Made by a program: the position numbers and the translations under genes
Origin: Eledone cirrhosa
Lineage: Eukaryota
DNA length: 64,000 nucleotides
NCBI GenBank assembly: GCA_964016885.1
Contig: OZ024742.1
Span: 217,558,001-217,622,000 of the forward strand
Direction: 5' to 3'
Notes under the pieces: model-generated
What the model saw: the letters and a program-made list of their open reading frames with translations, nothing else
What the model was told of the DNA's origin: nothing
Database searches by the model: none
Part shown: piece by piece, positions 38,384 to 51,658 of the stretch
Layout of the letters: every line of letters starts with the position of its first letter
Numbering within the stretch: the first letter of the stretch is position 1

Positions 38384-39169
38384 ATGAGTCAACATCATTT
38401 GCCGTCCTTCGCAGGCAACATCAAGTTGTGGTTTGCGCAGCTGTAATGTTTCTTCGAATTAACAAAGACAAAGGAACAGCATAAGCTGAAGGTCCTGATC
38501 AATGGCCTACCTGTTTCCTTGGCATTCTCAGTGAAGGACGTTGTGACGGATTTAGACGCCGACGTTACCTACGGCTCATTAAAAAAAGAAATCCTTCGCC
38601 GAAATACCAAGTCGGTAGAGAGCCGTTTTCGGGAGTTGTTGGACGATGCTCAAATGGGTGACAGGAAGCCGAGCTCCTATTTGCGACATTTGCGGGAGTT
38701 GAGCGACTCCCAGGGGATTGACACCCCCTTCATAAAGCAACTTTTTTTCTCACGCCTACCACCAAGTGCGCAAAGAATATTGGTCAATAGTTTAGAGAAG
38801 GATTCATTAGAGCAACTTGCCGCGTCCGCGGATAAGATACTTGAGGTGGACTCGAACAGCAATCAGCATAATCCTTATGTGGCTTCAGCGTGCGTCCCTC
38901 CACGCAGTTCTTCTGTGGCCGACGGCAAACTGTTGGAGTTGATTGAAGCTCTCACCAAAAAGGTAGAAGATTTGACGGTACATCACAGAGAGCCTTCTCA
39001 ACGTTTGAGGTATCGTTCGCCGCCGTCCTCTATTCATCGCCAGCACTACAACGCAGGTAACAATAATTCTTCGTTGTGTTGGTACCATGCTAACTTCGGC
39101 AGTAGGGTGCAACGTTGTCGCACGCCCTGTGATTACAAGAGATCGGGAAACGCAAAACAGAACCACTAG
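38384..39169 (+). pseudogene. gag: Gypsy gag with in-frame stop at 38444
   Basis: MSQHHLPSFAGNIKLWFAQL*CFF...; MGDRKPSSYLR; CWYHANFG..CRTPC knuckle. Confidence 0.85.
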
Positions 39170-42100
39170 GAGCGGCTAGTGAACTCTGGGAAAACCGACC
39201 GAACCGCCATCTTTTCGTATACGACCTGCGGTCAAAAAAATTTTTCCTTGTCGATACTGGCGCGTCGCTGAGTATTTGGCCAGTCAGTTATCTCAAAAAA
39301 AGCCCAGCCGAAGCAAATATAAATCTACGAGCAGTCAACCACACGGCCATTCGAACGTATGGGCAAATTTCGCTTCCTCTTCGGTTAAAAAATTTGCGGC
39401 GTGATTTGAGGTGGAAGTTTACTATCGCCGACTTGCCATACGCCATTTTGGGAGCGGATTTTCTCCACCATTTTTCCTTGTTGGTGGACATTCGCAGACA
39501 ACGCCTTGTTGATGCTGAAACAGGCCTTTCTTTCGAGGGTTCAGAGCCGGACGTCGCCACCGTCAGCCCTTCCTTTTTCTTGGCTGAAGTGGGAAACCAG
39601 TATCAAAGCCTGCTACATTCATTCCCTCAGTTGACGCAGGGAAAGTTACGAATAACTAGCCCGGATCATGCGATTGAACACTTCATATCCACTACAGGTC
39701 CACCTGTTTTCTCACGTCCTCGAAGATTGTCTACAGAGAAGTTGAAAGCTGCACGTCTTGAATTCGACCACATGCTGGAATTGGGAATAATTCGGCGCTC
39801 CACAAGTCCTTGGGCATCGCCTCTGCATATGGTACCTAGATCTTCTGGGGATTGGAGACCGACGGGTGACTACCGACGCTTAAACGCGATTACTGTGCCT
39901 GACCGTTATCCAATCCCGCATTTGCAGGATTTTGCGTCGTCATTGCAGGGTTGCAGAATCTTTTCTAAGCTTGATTTGATCCGCGCTTATAATCAAATTC
40001 CGGTTAACGAGGAGGATATCCCAAAGACTGCTATTGCCACTCCTTTCGGCCTTAGAAATGCTGCAAGTACCTTCCAACGATTTATGGATGATATTACTCG
40101 GGGCCTGGATTTTGTGTACACGTATATCGACGACGTGTTGATTGCTAGTTCTTCCCCTCAGCAGCATTCAAAGCATCTGGATCTCGTATTTCGTCGTTTA
40201 CAGAGATATAATGTTCGAATTAATATTTCCAAGTGTGTTTTCGGCTCGACTTCACTAACATTTTTAGGCCATCTGATTGACGCCGATGGTATTCGACCTC
40301 TTCCTGAGAAGGTTAAGGCAGTATCGGATTTGCCTCCGCCAAGTTCACTGCGTCAATTGCGTCAATTCCTGGGCCTTGTAAATTTTTATAGGCGATTCGT
40401 ACCTGGTTGTTCCAAATTGCTGTTCTCGTTGACAGAGATTTTTAAGGGTTGCCGGCGTAAGAATATGGACATTTCCTTAAATAAAACGCAGCTTGATGAT
40501 TTTAAAAAAGTGAAAAAGGCGTTAGCGAACGCGTCTTTGCTCGCCCACCCAGTACCCAACGCCGAGCTATCGCTCTGTGTTGATGCTTCGGATAGCGCCG
40601 TGGGCGCAGTCTTACAGCAGAAGGGTGATGGGGTACAGCAACCACTCGAGTTCTTTTCGAGGAAGTTAAAGCCTGCAGAAACTCGCTATAGCACCTTTGG
40701 AAGGGAGCTATTAGCAATTTATTTATCAGTGAAACATTTTGCTCATGTACTTGAAGGTAGAACATTCACCATTTTCACTGATCATAAACCCTTGACGTTT
40801 GCTCTTCGAACTAAGGCAGACAAATACTCGCCCAGAGAAACGAGACATCTGGACTTCATCTCACAGTTCACGAACGACATTCAACATATTCCGGGTTCTT
40901 TGAATACAGCGGCCGATGCGCTGTCTCGCCTGCCGATCGCATCGATTTCGTCTTCCGAGGAGATAGATTTACACCGAATGGCAGCTGCCCAACCCACTCT
41001 CGAATCGTTGGATGTTACATCGCCAGAGTTTGTACATTGCAAACTGAAATACATTCCGATCTCAACTGCTGACGGACAGATACTGTGTGATGTTTCGTTG
41101 GACTCACCACGACCTCTAGTCCCAGTGGAACATCGACGAACTGCGTTTCTCGCTTTACATGGCATTTCTCACCCAGGAGTATCAGCCTCAGTAAAACTCA
41201 TAACAGCCAGATTTTTCTGGCCTGGTATGAGACGTGACATTGCTGCTTGGTGTCGTTCCTGTGTCGCTTGCCAACAAGCGAAAGTTCATAGACATGTTAA
41301 GGCTCCTCTCGGAACCTTCACCTGCCCCGATGCAAGATTTCGTCACATTCATGTGGACATCGTCGGCCCGTGGCCGGTTAGTCGTGGTTTTTCGTATCTT
41401 TTGACGATTGTTGACCGTTTTTCGCGTTGGCCTGAAGCCGTCCCTATAACAGATATCACCGCCGAAACCACAGCCCGTACCCTCGTATCTTCGTGGATCG
41501 CTCGTTTCGGTGTACCAACCACCATAACAACGGATCGTGGTCGTCAATTTGAGTCTAACCTCTTCCGAGAGCTAACCCAAATCCTGGGGGCTACTCGAAT
41601 AAGAACCACGGCTTACCACACAGCCTCAAACGGAATGGTGGAAAGATTCCACAGGCAGCTCAAAGCCTCCTTAAGGGTTTCCATGGACTCTTCACGTTGG
41701 AGCGAGTACCTACCCATTGTATTGTTGGGTATTCGGTCGACGGTAAAGGTGGACCTTGGGTTCTCCTCTGCCGAATTAGTTTATGGTACGCCTCTGGCGT
41801 TACCGGGGCAAATGCTGGCCCCTTTTGACCTGACTTCGCAGGACCCCGCTTCCTACGTGTCCCGGCTTCACTCTTATTTCAAGGATCTACCACCGATGGG
41901 CACTAGGAAGCAGACTGTAAAAACTGCCGTCCCAAGGGATATTGCCTTGTGGACCCATGTGTTCGTTAGAGACGACGCCGTGAGACCCCCTCTTCAACGG
42001 CCGTACTCTGGACCCTATCGTGTGCTTGCTCGCACAGACAAACATTTCACACTGGACATTCGGGGTTCCAGGGAAACGGTTTCCGTTGATCGTCTCAAAC

Positions 42101-42267
42101 GAGCAAACCTGGACAATGACACAATGACACTTGAAACTCAAATGCCCCCCTCTTTTTCTTTGCCACACAGGCCTATTTCTTCCCCCCCCCCATCAACACA
42201 CAGAACTACGACCCGTTCTGGGCGAAGGGTGCATTGGCCCCGTAAGCTATGCAGTAATATAAACTGA
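39151..42267 (+). CDS. pol: Gypsy pol (protease-RT-RNaseH-integrase), -1 frame relative to gag; RT has an in-frame deletion
   Basis: FLVDTGA protease upstream of the called ORF start; YIDD; DASDSAVG; HHCC; [17 protein letters not shown]; GPY. Confidence 0.9.
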   Translation, partial: RKTEPLGAASELWENRPNRHLFVYDLRSKKFFLVDTGASLSIWPVSYLKKSPAEANINLRAVNHTAIRTYGQISLPLRLKNLRRDLRWKFTIADLPYAILGADFLHHFSLLVDIRRQRLVDAETGLSFEGSEPDVATVSPSFFLAEVGNQYQSLLHSFPQLTQGKLRITSPDHAIEHFISTTGPPVFSRPRRLSTEKLKAARLEFDHMLELGIIRRSTSPWASPLHMVPRSSGDWRPTGDYRRLNAITVPDRYPIPHLQDFASSLQGCRIFSKLDLIRAYNQIPVNEEDIPKTAIATPFGLRNAASTFQRFMDDITRGLDFVYTYIDDVLIASSSPQQHSKHLDLVFRRLQRYNVRINISKCVFGSTSLTFLGHLIDADGIRPLPEKVKAVSDLPPPSSLRQLRQFLGLVNFYRRFVPGCSKLLFSLTEIFKGCRRKNMDISLNKTQLDDFKKVKKALANASLLAHPVPNAELSLCVDASDSAVGAVLQQKGDGVQQPLEFFSRKLKPAETRYSTFGRELLAIYLSVKHFAHVLEGRTFTIFTDHKPLTFALRTKADKYSPRETRHLDFISQFTNDIQHIPGSLNTAADALSRLPIASISSSEEIDLHRMAAAQPTLESLDVTSPEFVHCKLKYIPISTADGQILCDVSLDSPRPLVPVEHRRTAFLALHGISHPGVSASVKLITARFFWPGMRRDIAAWCRSCVACQQAKVHRHVKAPLGTFTCPDARFRHIHVDIVGPWPVSRGFSYLLTIVDRFSRWPEAVPITDITAETTARTLVSSWIARFGVPTTITTDRGRQFESNLFRELTQILGATRIRTTAYHTASNGMVERFHRQLKASLRVSMDSSRWSEYLPIVLLGIRSTVKVDLGFSSAELVYGTPLALPGQMLAPFDLTSQDPASYVSRLHSYFKDLPPMGTRKQTVKTAVPRDIALWTHVFVRDDAVRPPLQRPYSGPYRVLARTDKHFTLDIRGSRETVSVDRLKRANLDNDTMTLETQMPPSFSLPHRPISSPPPSTHRTTTRSGRRVHWPRKLCSNIN

Positions 42268-42740
42268 ATTGTATTTTTTTTTTTTGTTTTGTTTTGTTTG
42301 TTTTTTTTCCTTCCAATTGTTTTTGTTGTACATTGCATTTTGCTACTTTTGGATTCTTGACTGCCTACGGCAGTGTCAATATATTATATTTTGCGTAACA
42401 TTACGACTGTTGTCAATTCTGACACTCCCTTTTTTTTTTTAGTGCCTTTTTATAACTATGCTACATATGGCATTTTCATTGCCTAGCAAAACATTTTTTT
42501 TCTTGTTTATCGCATCTGGGGCCCCTTTATTGCTAAGAGTGTTATCTTTTCATGCATTTTGCATCTTTTACTGTACGTTTTTTTTTTCTTTTTTTTTTTT
42601 CTGTGTTAATGCTTGCAGACATGAACCTATTTATTATTTTTTTTTAATTTTTAATTTGTTGATACATTCTTCTACATTTTGTAAACTACCTTCGCTTCAT
42701 TGTTAACGATTTTGCGACAAAAAATCTGCTCCGAGGTGAA

Positions 42741-43004
42741 TGTAGTGGCTGAGATGGTCGCTTGGTAGCTAGCAGTTGCTTCCCCTTAACAACCCTTCAG
42801 GGAAGGGAGGCAAAAATACACCCGGACACAGCCACAGGTTCACTGACTCTTTTTGGACCACGGACATGAACAGACGTGGAAAGATCCGCTCCTCAAAATA
42901 TTGACGTTGTAGGAAATTTACTAAATTATTGCATTAAATAAAATGATTGTTAGACTTGATTGTGCATTTATTTATTCGACAAAGAGAAACATCACTTTTC
43001 TTTA
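42741..43004 (+). repeat. 3' LTR
   Basis: Identical to the 5' LTR except one C/T (GTTGCCTCC vs GTTGCTTCC). Confidence 0.95.
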
Positions 43005-43436
43005 CATCTGTGGTAAATCATTCTCTGCAAATCGAGCCTTAACTAGACACAAGCGTATTCATATGGGAGAGAAGCCATATCACTGTGGTATTTGTAGTAA
43101 ATCATTCACTTGTAGTAATGAGTTAACTATACACAAGCATATTCATACAGGAGAAAAGCCATATCACTGTAATATCTGCGATAAATTATTCTCTCAAAGG
43201 TATGAATTAATTATACACAAACATATTCATATAGGAGAGAAACCATGTTACTGTGATATCTGTGGTAAATCATTTACTCAAAAAAGTGCGTTAACTGTAC
43301 ACAAACATATTCATACAGGCAAGAAGGCATATCACTGTCATATCTGTAGTAAATCATTTTCTGCAGGCGGTAGCTTAATTAGACACAAACGTATTCATAC
43401 GGAAGAGAAGCTATATCACTGTGGTATTTGTAGTAA

Positions 43437-43622
<186 letters not shown>

Positions 43623-44778
43623 TAATTAAACATAAATGTATTCATACAGATGAGTAGCCATGTCAGTGTTATATCTGTAGTAAATCATTTCTGAAATAGG
43701 TAGCTTAATTAGACACAAATTTATTCATAGAAGAGAGAAGCCATATCACTATGATACATGTGGTAAATCATTTGCTCAAAGTTGTGAATTAACTTCTCAC
43801 AAATGCCTTCATACAGGCGATAAGCTGTATCTCTGTGATATCTGTGGTCAATTACTCCCTCATAAAGATTCCTTAACTAAACCCAAACATATTCATACAG
43901 GAGAGTAGCCATATTACTGTGCTATCTGTAATAAGTCATTCTCTACAAATAGAGCTTTAACTTATTACAAATGTGTTCATACTGGAGAAAAGCCATGAGT
44001 AAATAATTCTCTCAAAAATGTCTCAACCACACATCTTTATTAATACGGAAAAGTAACCATGTAGATATCAAATATCTTTGAAAAATATCACTATAAATAC
44101 ATTCATCTTGCAACAGAGATGACAAAGGACAAGAATTGGTGACATACTGTACTGGAGAAGACCCAGCTACAAGCATAAAATGGGACCTGATTCCTCCACT
44201 AGCGCTCCTTAGTTATCATTCTCCCCATTAATGTACACCACCTCCATATTGTCCATGCCCTTGCACTATTCTCATCATCACCTCCCTCCCAAACCCTGAC
44301 ACTGGTGTGTAGCCTCCTACGCTATCGACCACCCCCTCCACTATTCCCTCTTAGTAACAATTCTCACTACAGTCCCCCTCTCTGAAATCCAGACACTGGT
44401 GAGTACACCCCCCCCCTTCCCTTCACGCAATCAGCGGTCACTCTGCTCCTCTAACTCATTTCCCTCCCTCTCCAATCTCACCACACTTCCCATACAACCA
44501 TAATATCCTATATTTCGTCCTTCATATCACTCCTCCCCCTTCTCTGCTCTTCAGTTGAGATATTGACCAACAACTTCTCTAGTGCCCCCAAATGCACCCA
44601 GTACTCTCTAAGATCAGATGAACTTTTGCTGAGATTATTCTGTGGTCAGAGTAGACACCTTCAAAAGAGTTAAATGTTTGCAATTCAGCACACAATTTTT
44701 CCACTTCTTATTGATCAAAATGTAGTGCAGTTAGGTTATTTGTTTGTCTTGTAATGTATTGAACTATATATATATATG

Positions 44779-46070
44779 TAGGAGGTGAGTTTTATTGTAG
44801 CACAATAAAGCAATGAAAATATCGGATAAGTAGCATTCTACAGTTTATAGGACTGGAGTATAAATAATATAAGATCAAAAGATGGTTAAAAGAGTTCCAA
44901 GTATTATTATACGCATTTCGCTCTGCTTGCATAAATCCCATAGAACATTCCATAAAGTATACAGCTAATATCTCAATACCTAAGTAGTTTAAAATGTTCT
45001 TTTCTCAAAGGGTTTTATATCTTTTACAAATATACCCATCTTTCTATCTTATTTCAGTATATTATATTATACAATTTACTCAATCTATGTCGTTGTGATC
45101 CCCTATCTTTCTTCTTTTTATCCTTTTTCCTTTCTGCCTTTTTTTCTTTTTTAATTTCTAATCTTTAATCTGTAACTTTTACTTCCCAATTACTTCTCAA
45201 TTCATATTATTACTCACTACAGCATTTTCCATTTTCCATTTTTCCTCATATTATTGGCCATAGAAACTATATATATTTTTAATATATAATAATATTACCA
45301 TTAGAAAATTTTTGTAAACATATATACTTTTTAACGTTAGATATTTTTTCTTCCTTAAATTCTCTTATTTCTTCTCTCCTTCCGTGCTTGTTTTAAACCT
45401 ACTATTTACTTTTACATATTACAATACATAAAAACAAACTTAAACCCTAAATAATTCCTCTAAGTTCATAATTCATTTATTCTTCTCCTTCTTTCACATT
45501 ATATCCTTAATATCATTAATATTTTTATTTTAATAATACATATTAATAAATTCTTTTTTTCGTACATATTAAACCCTTCAATACATAAACCTAAATTAAT
45601 ACTATTCCTAATTCCTTTTTCTTCAACCATAAACATCAACATCCATAAACCTCATTAACTTTTAATTTCAAAATCTTTTTAAATTATCTATTATCTTCCA
45701 ACGGTTTTTTAATTTCTCTCTGTGAGACAATGTTTTCTCAGTTGTAAAGCCTATTTCTCTCTCTCTATCACTCATTTCTCCTCCTCTCTCATCCTTCCTT
45801 CTTATACTCCTCCCCACCATCCTTTATTTTCTTTCTTCCTCTTCCTTACCTTTTCCTACCCCCCCCCCCCCTCATATATCCATCTTACTTTATTTTTTCA
45901 TATGTTGATTTAAAACTTCACTGCTCACAAGTGTTTTTTAAGCTTCATATCATGTCTCCCTATTTTATCTGATGAGAACGCAGATATCATCCCATGATGA
46001 TATTTGTTTTTGAAATGCGCATAATAAAATACTTGGAACTCTTTTAACCATCTTTTGATCTTATATTATA
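44779..46070 (+). mobile_element. Penelope-related element with terminal pLTR and an inverted partial pLTR at its left end
   Basis: 44860-44918 is the reverse complement of ~46011-46070; hammerhead at 45961; same pLTR at 52001-52245 and 52459-52545. Confidence 0.6.
45961..46031 (+). ncRNA. Minimal type I hammerhead ribozyme
   Basis: Stem I TATTTTAT/ATAAAATA; CTGATGA; long stem II; GAAA; stem III A-T[GCGC]A-T; AUA cleavage triplet after 46023. Confidence 0.8.
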
Positions 46071-46080
46071 TATATATATA

Positions 46081-47093
46081 CTAGCATTAAAGCCCGGCGT
46101 TGCTTGGGGTCAGTAAGTTACCAAAGTTAGGTTGCACCACCCATTTTATGGCAACACTTTTTTTTCTGCCATGCACTGGGTGAATGAATTGCAGACCTGG
46201 ACTGCCGAAGCAGGAGCTGCGCCAGCAGTGACAATTGTAGTTTCGCCTATGGATATTATCTCTGTGCAAAGAAGTGTTGAAATTTATTGTTTCACACTAC
46301 TTGCGCAACACGCGCGTAGATGATGCCAGCCGAACAACAGAGCTGCGATGGAGTTGTTCTGCATGGTTGTCTAATGTGTGTTTTCTAAATTTAAGACAGT
46401 AGGGAGGGGGTGATGTGGGGGAGAGTTTTAGCTGCTGTTTCTAGCAGGTTTAGTGACCTCATAGAGGATATGTTTTCTAAATTTAAGACAGTAGGGAGTG
46501 GTGTGATATGGGGGAGAGTTAGCTGCTGTTTCTAGCAGGTTTAGTGACCTCACAGAGGATATTATTGTGTATAGTAAATGAACTGATACTTCTTTCTTCC
46601 ACGTTCGTTGATATGTGTTTTAAAAAAGATTTATCGCTATTTTTTTTGTTGTTGAATAAATTTATCTGTTGCTTTTGAATAATTGTTGTTTCGTATGAAA
46701 TGTAATAAGTTCTCTTTGTCATTGAAGTAAATAAATGTTTGACCATTCCACACTCAAAAACAAACGTTCTCTCTCCCTCTCACTCTCTCTCTCTCTTAAA
46801 GTTTGTAAGTTTAATCGTATATAAGAAAAAGTTGCAGCATGTATGTAGTTTTATCGAATTTTAAGGGGAGTAGAGAGAGGAAATCTGATTGTATTAGCGT
46901 CATGTATTTAGTTTTATCGATTATTTCCGTAATTATGGGTGAGTTTGAATGAAATAAATAGTCGTTGACCTAAGTTAGACCATTTACAACATTCTTACAG
47001 ACGTTGAGTCGAATCGGTTTGAAATTGTGCAAATGTATAAACATGGAACATGCACACACACACACACAACAACAACAATCTGCCTTTTATAGA
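46081..47093 (-). mobile_element. Non-autonomous Helitron
   Basis: Minus strand starts A|TCTATAAAAGGCAG and ends CCCAAGCAACGCCGGG..CTAG|T; contains a ~95-bp tandem duplication at 46376-46560. Confidence 0.75.
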
Positions 47094-47104
47094 TAATATA
47101 TATA

Positions 47105-47157
<53 letters not shown>

Positions 47158-47399
47158 ATTGTTTAATGTTTACTTGTTCCGCTCATCTCAATTATATATA
47201 TATATGTGTGTGTATATATATATATAATCATCATCATCATCACTTTTGACGCCCATTCTTCCATGTTATCATGGGTTAGACGGATTGTCTTCTAGTGAGA
47301 AATGCTTGGTCAGGTGACCATGCCTTGCTTATACGGAACTCATTTTGGCTTGGTTTCTACAGCTGGATGATATATATATGTCTGCCTTCCCTAACAGTG

Positions 47400-48530
47400 C
47401 CAAAAGAGGGTACATCACAAACGAGGTCATGCAGATAAGAGATTGATGCAGTGATCCCGTGAGTGGTGTCACCCACACCAAGCAATTCCACAGGGTGTTG
47501 GAAACAAATGGATATTTAGCATCATTTACGAACAGAATTAGGGACCCCAGACACAGGAGGCAGAGCAACCCAAAAGATAGGTGCTTCCTTAAGATCCCAC
47601 ACCTGGGCGAAAAAACCACCAGCGCTATCCACAGTGCCATACGGAGGGATGGTCTTGACATCCATTTGGCCCACTCGGAGCCCTCCCTACGGAGATGCCT
47701 TTGCAGGAAACCTTACAACGTGGATAACATGTGTTCTCTCAACAACTGTTCGATATGCCAGACAAACTGTTGCTTGCACACCTACGTTGTCTCTAGGATT
47801 GAATGTGACAGGTGTAACAAATTTTACATCAGTAGCATCATCCGACCTCTATATGTCCGGATCAAAGAATATGTCAACTCTAAAGCCTTGTCTTTCCGAA
47901 AACACATCATCAAATGCAGAAACAAAGACGGAAAGCCCATAGTTGCAGTGTTAGCGATGGTGCACAACATTGGAACTTTAAGGACCAAGGAAACACTCGG
48001 GATAAAACGTCTCGAACCGCAAATCAATAGTCGATCCGAGAGAAGTGAGACGAAATGGCTGGTATAAAAAGAACTACACACATACACAGTGACAGTTGAG
48101 TGAATGTTATTGCGTGTATTTTGTATTTACCACCCACCTACCGATACAGACAGACAACAAATGGACAGACTAATGTCACCAACCTAACTACCACTGACAG
48201 AAAGCAAAGACTTGGCAGCAATGATACGTGCACACAAACCCACTACCCCCTACTCTAATGTGAACGATTGCTACAAACTTTAGTTGACTGCACCAATATC
48301 GCACGCACACATGCTTGATAGAGTATTTCAGTTGTACGCACACGGTAAACAACGAAGGCCACATGTTGTCCTTTCTCCGATGCAACTCTTTCCGACTCGG
48401 AAACACCCCTGTTGATGGATGTGAAATCCGAAATATAGGGACTAATAAATCGCTTCTAAGTTAACTCTATCTGTTGTTGTCTTTACACCTTTCTTACGTT
48501 CTTTTACACTCTCTATGTCTCTTTCTACGC
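47400..48530 (+). mobile_element. Penelope-like element 3' part (GIY-YIG endonuclease + pLTR)
   Basis: ORF 47459-48067: VVSRIECDRCNKFYISSIIRPLYVRIKEY..KETLGIKRLEPQIN. Confidence 0.8.
48406..48440 (+). ncRNA. Ultra-minimal hammerhead-like motif (core variant CUGUUGA)
   Basis: CCC-CTGTTGA-T-GGAT GTGAA ATCC-GAAA-TAT-A-GGG then AATAAA, at the position expected in a PLE pLTR. Confidence 0.5.
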
Positions 48531-48629
48531 TTCTTCATACTTCTCTTTCTCATCTCACTACCACCTGATTTACCCATCTGCATTGTTGAGGCTTCCAAAA
48601 TGACTATTTTTTTGTATATATATATATAT

Positions 48630-50462
48630 ATACAGTATAGTGGTAGAACACTGGAAGGTAATATCCGTAGTGGTAGAACACTCAGTCCATGGGACGAGTT
48701 AGGTAGAAGTGGTTATACAACAGTTAGTTCACCATACCGAGAACAATTGTTTCACCTTAGCGGATCCTCAGCTCGTAATGGACATCGTTATACGGAACAG
48801 GAAGGACAACCGTACGAACGCGCATGCGTTCACACAGGCAATACTAAAAACGATCACTTCACACAGGCAATACTAAAAAGCGTGCGAGAGGTGTAAGGGA
48901 GATAACTGCGAAAGTCCGAAAAGTTTCTAGTTGGTAAGAAAATTAGGATGTTGTGATTCAATCCGGAGCTTTGTAGTTATGTAAGAGGTGTTTCGAGACG
49001 TGTGGACAACGTGTGAAGAATTCATTTCTCGTGTTTAGGCAATCACTATTGCATAATCTCTTTAGAATATTTATTCGTTCATCAATACAGAGTCCACACA
49101 TATGGCTTGGACTTAGTGATGGCTTTCCATTGAATGGAGTAGTCTATACTTGAGGGACCATACGTGGCTTGCGAGTTTCGTGGATGAACATCTGTCTGGG
49201 TCCCTAAAGGTCGACTAGTGGTTCAGGAAGCATTCCTTAAATCGGCCCTCTGCCATACCCACATAGGATTTGACCTCCTGTGGTTGATTTGGTCGGTCGG
49301 AAGTGGCCACAGCTTCATAAATTACAGCGGGTGTGTTGCATTGCTGTTGAAGGGGACAAGCTTCGGGCTTACGGCAAGAGCACCCTGGTGGGGTGTTGCT
49401 CTTAGGGCTGTTGGTGATGTGGGCCTTCATGTTCTTAGCACAGGAGTATCCTAGTTTTACTTTGTGTTGGTTAAAGATGGAGCTGTATTTATGACCTATG
49501 GGAAAGTGTCTATCTAAGAGGGCTAGAAATGTTTTGCCTACATTGGTTTTAACGTTGAGTGAGAAGGGAGGAGAGAACCAGATAGTTTGTCTATTGTTAC
49601 GCTTTCTTTTTTTATTGCTGTTGTTGTTAGTGGGAGAGTAAGTGATAGGTTGGGAGAAGCCACTGTTAGCTAACGCCGTTTTATAGTAGGGTGCCGCCCT
49701 GTCAAAGATAGCCTTATTAGAGGAGAGGTTTGAGATTCTAGTACTGATATTATTTACGAAGTTTCTAAAAACAGTGGGAGGGTGGCATGAGTCGTGAATG
49801 TAATTGAGTTTTTCGTTTAGCTTATGGAAGGGTCTGTGGGTGTGTGTGCAAAGGTCTAAATTAATGTCTAAGAAATCTACGCTAGAGAGGTTGGTAGCTA
49901 CTGTTATCCTAAGTCCTAACTCATTGAAGGTAGAAGCTAAGTCTTTTTTAAACCGGTCGAGGTCGTGACCACTTTTATGGCTCGATAAGGTCAGTCCGTC
50001 GTCGCGGTATATTCCCGTGTGGAAGTCCGGGAATCTAACACGTAATATGTCTAAAATGAATAGGCCAACCAAGTCGCATATGTCAGCACTGTCAAACGAT
50101 CCCATGGTGACGTCGAATAGGTCTGAAGTTGTTGACTTCTTTGCCCAGGCTACTCAGTCGTTGAAGAGGAGGGTTTTCCGGCAGTGAGCGATGATTTCCC
50201 TGTCTAAACCATCGACGGTAGTGTAAGTGGTAGCGAAGTCTAATGCTTTGTTTAACAGGGTCTCTGAGATCGACGGTTAAAAATCAACAATGTCAAACTG
50301 TGTGAACTTCGCTTTTTTGGATTTGAAGGAGTTGAACCACTTAATTACGGAGTCGCTGTTCTCCCACTGGGGCAGGTTGGACTTGGTCCTAATGGTCTTA
50401 ACCATGTTTCAGAGTATGGCCTTACTGACTAGTCCCATATCTGTGCGTGCTGGGTTTATTAG
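48630..50462 (-). mobile_element. Penelope-like element (RT + GIY-YIG + pLTR), 5'-truncated
   Basis: ORF 49215-50105: MGSFDSADICDLVG, IYRDDG, WFSPPFS..VKTNVG, VIYEA..SYVG. Confidence 0.88.
48738..48775 (-). ncRNA. Minimal type I hammerhead ribozyme
   Basis: CGAG-CTGAGGA-T CC GCTAA GG T-GAAA-C AATT G-TT-CTCG; palindromic stem III loop. Confidence 0.75.
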
Positions 50463-50489
50463 TCTACATGTGGATATATATATATATAT

Positions 50490-50757
50490 ATCACCATGAT
50501 CACCTTGACCGACCAGTCTGTCGAGCATCAATTGGCACCGCTGGTCACAGCACGTCGTGCTGTTTTAGCCATAAGATAACACCATCCCACTGGCTGGGCG
50601 GGCAGGCCGGAACTCATTTCTACAGCTGAGTAAACTGGAGCAACGTGAAATAAAGTGTCTTGCTTAAGGAAACAACACATCACCGGGTCCGAGAATTGAA
50701 CTCACAACCTTTCGATTGCAAGCCCAATGCTTTAAACACTAAGCCATGCGCCTTCAC
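50490..50757 (-). mobile_element. tRNA-derived SINE family 2 (variant tail)
   Basis: Reverse complement of the head of 51659 (GGCTTAGTG..AAAGCATTGG, GAGTTCAATTCTC). Confidence 0.8.
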
Positions 50758-50761
50758 ATAT

Positions 50762-51612
50762 ATCATCATCATCATCATCATTCTACGTCTGCTCTTCCCT
50801 GCTTGCAAGGGTGGGACGGGTCTTATTCAGCACAGCATCTCTCCACTTGTCATGGTCCTTCATCATCTCCACTGTGAGCTTCAGCGATCTGAGGTCTGTT
50901 CTCACCACCTCCGCCCATGTTTTTCGTGGTCTACCTCTACCACGTCTTCCTTCAACTGGCATTTCCTGGTACTTCTTCACCCATCGGTCATCCTCCATGC
51001 GCATCACATGTCCATACCACCTCAGTCTCCTCTCCCGTACACTACATTCTATCCCTCTCAGACACAGTTTCTCTCTCAACAGATTCATGCTGGGTTGTTC
51101 ACGCACATTGACACTGCACATCCAACGGAGCATGCTTGCCTCATTTCTCTCCAACCTTCGCATATCCTCTGCAGTTGCTGCCCATGTCTCACTACCATGC
51201 AACATCGCGCTCCTCACACAGGCATCATATAACTGGCCTTTCGTATGGAGGGAGAAACCCTTCTTCGTCAGCAGAGGTAGCAGCTCCCTAAACTTCTTCC
51301 AACCCGTCCTTATTCTAGATACTATGGCCTCGGAACACCCCTCCCATGCTAATTTGATGTCCTAGGTACCGGAAGCTATCCACCACTTCTATAGCATCCG
51401 CCTGCATTTAAAAAAATGTGTCTATCAATGCAACTTCTACTGTCTAATTTCCCTGTACATCTACTGCATACATATTTCTCCCTTCCTGTTAGTTTGCCTG
51501 CTATCCCACTACATCTCCTGTGTACCCAGGATGTGCATTGTGTGCATTTTATAGAATTTATGCCAGTTCCTTTTCTGCATATCGAACATGGCTATTTCCC
51601 TGACGGAATCAG
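50762..51612 (-). mobile_element. RTE family A LINE 3' fragment
   Basis: ORF 50783-51217; PHD-like segment at 51460-51600; (GAT)n tail. Confidence 0.88.
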
Positions 51613-51658
51613 AGTGTGTGTGTGTGTATATATATATATATGTGTGTGTGTGTGTGAT

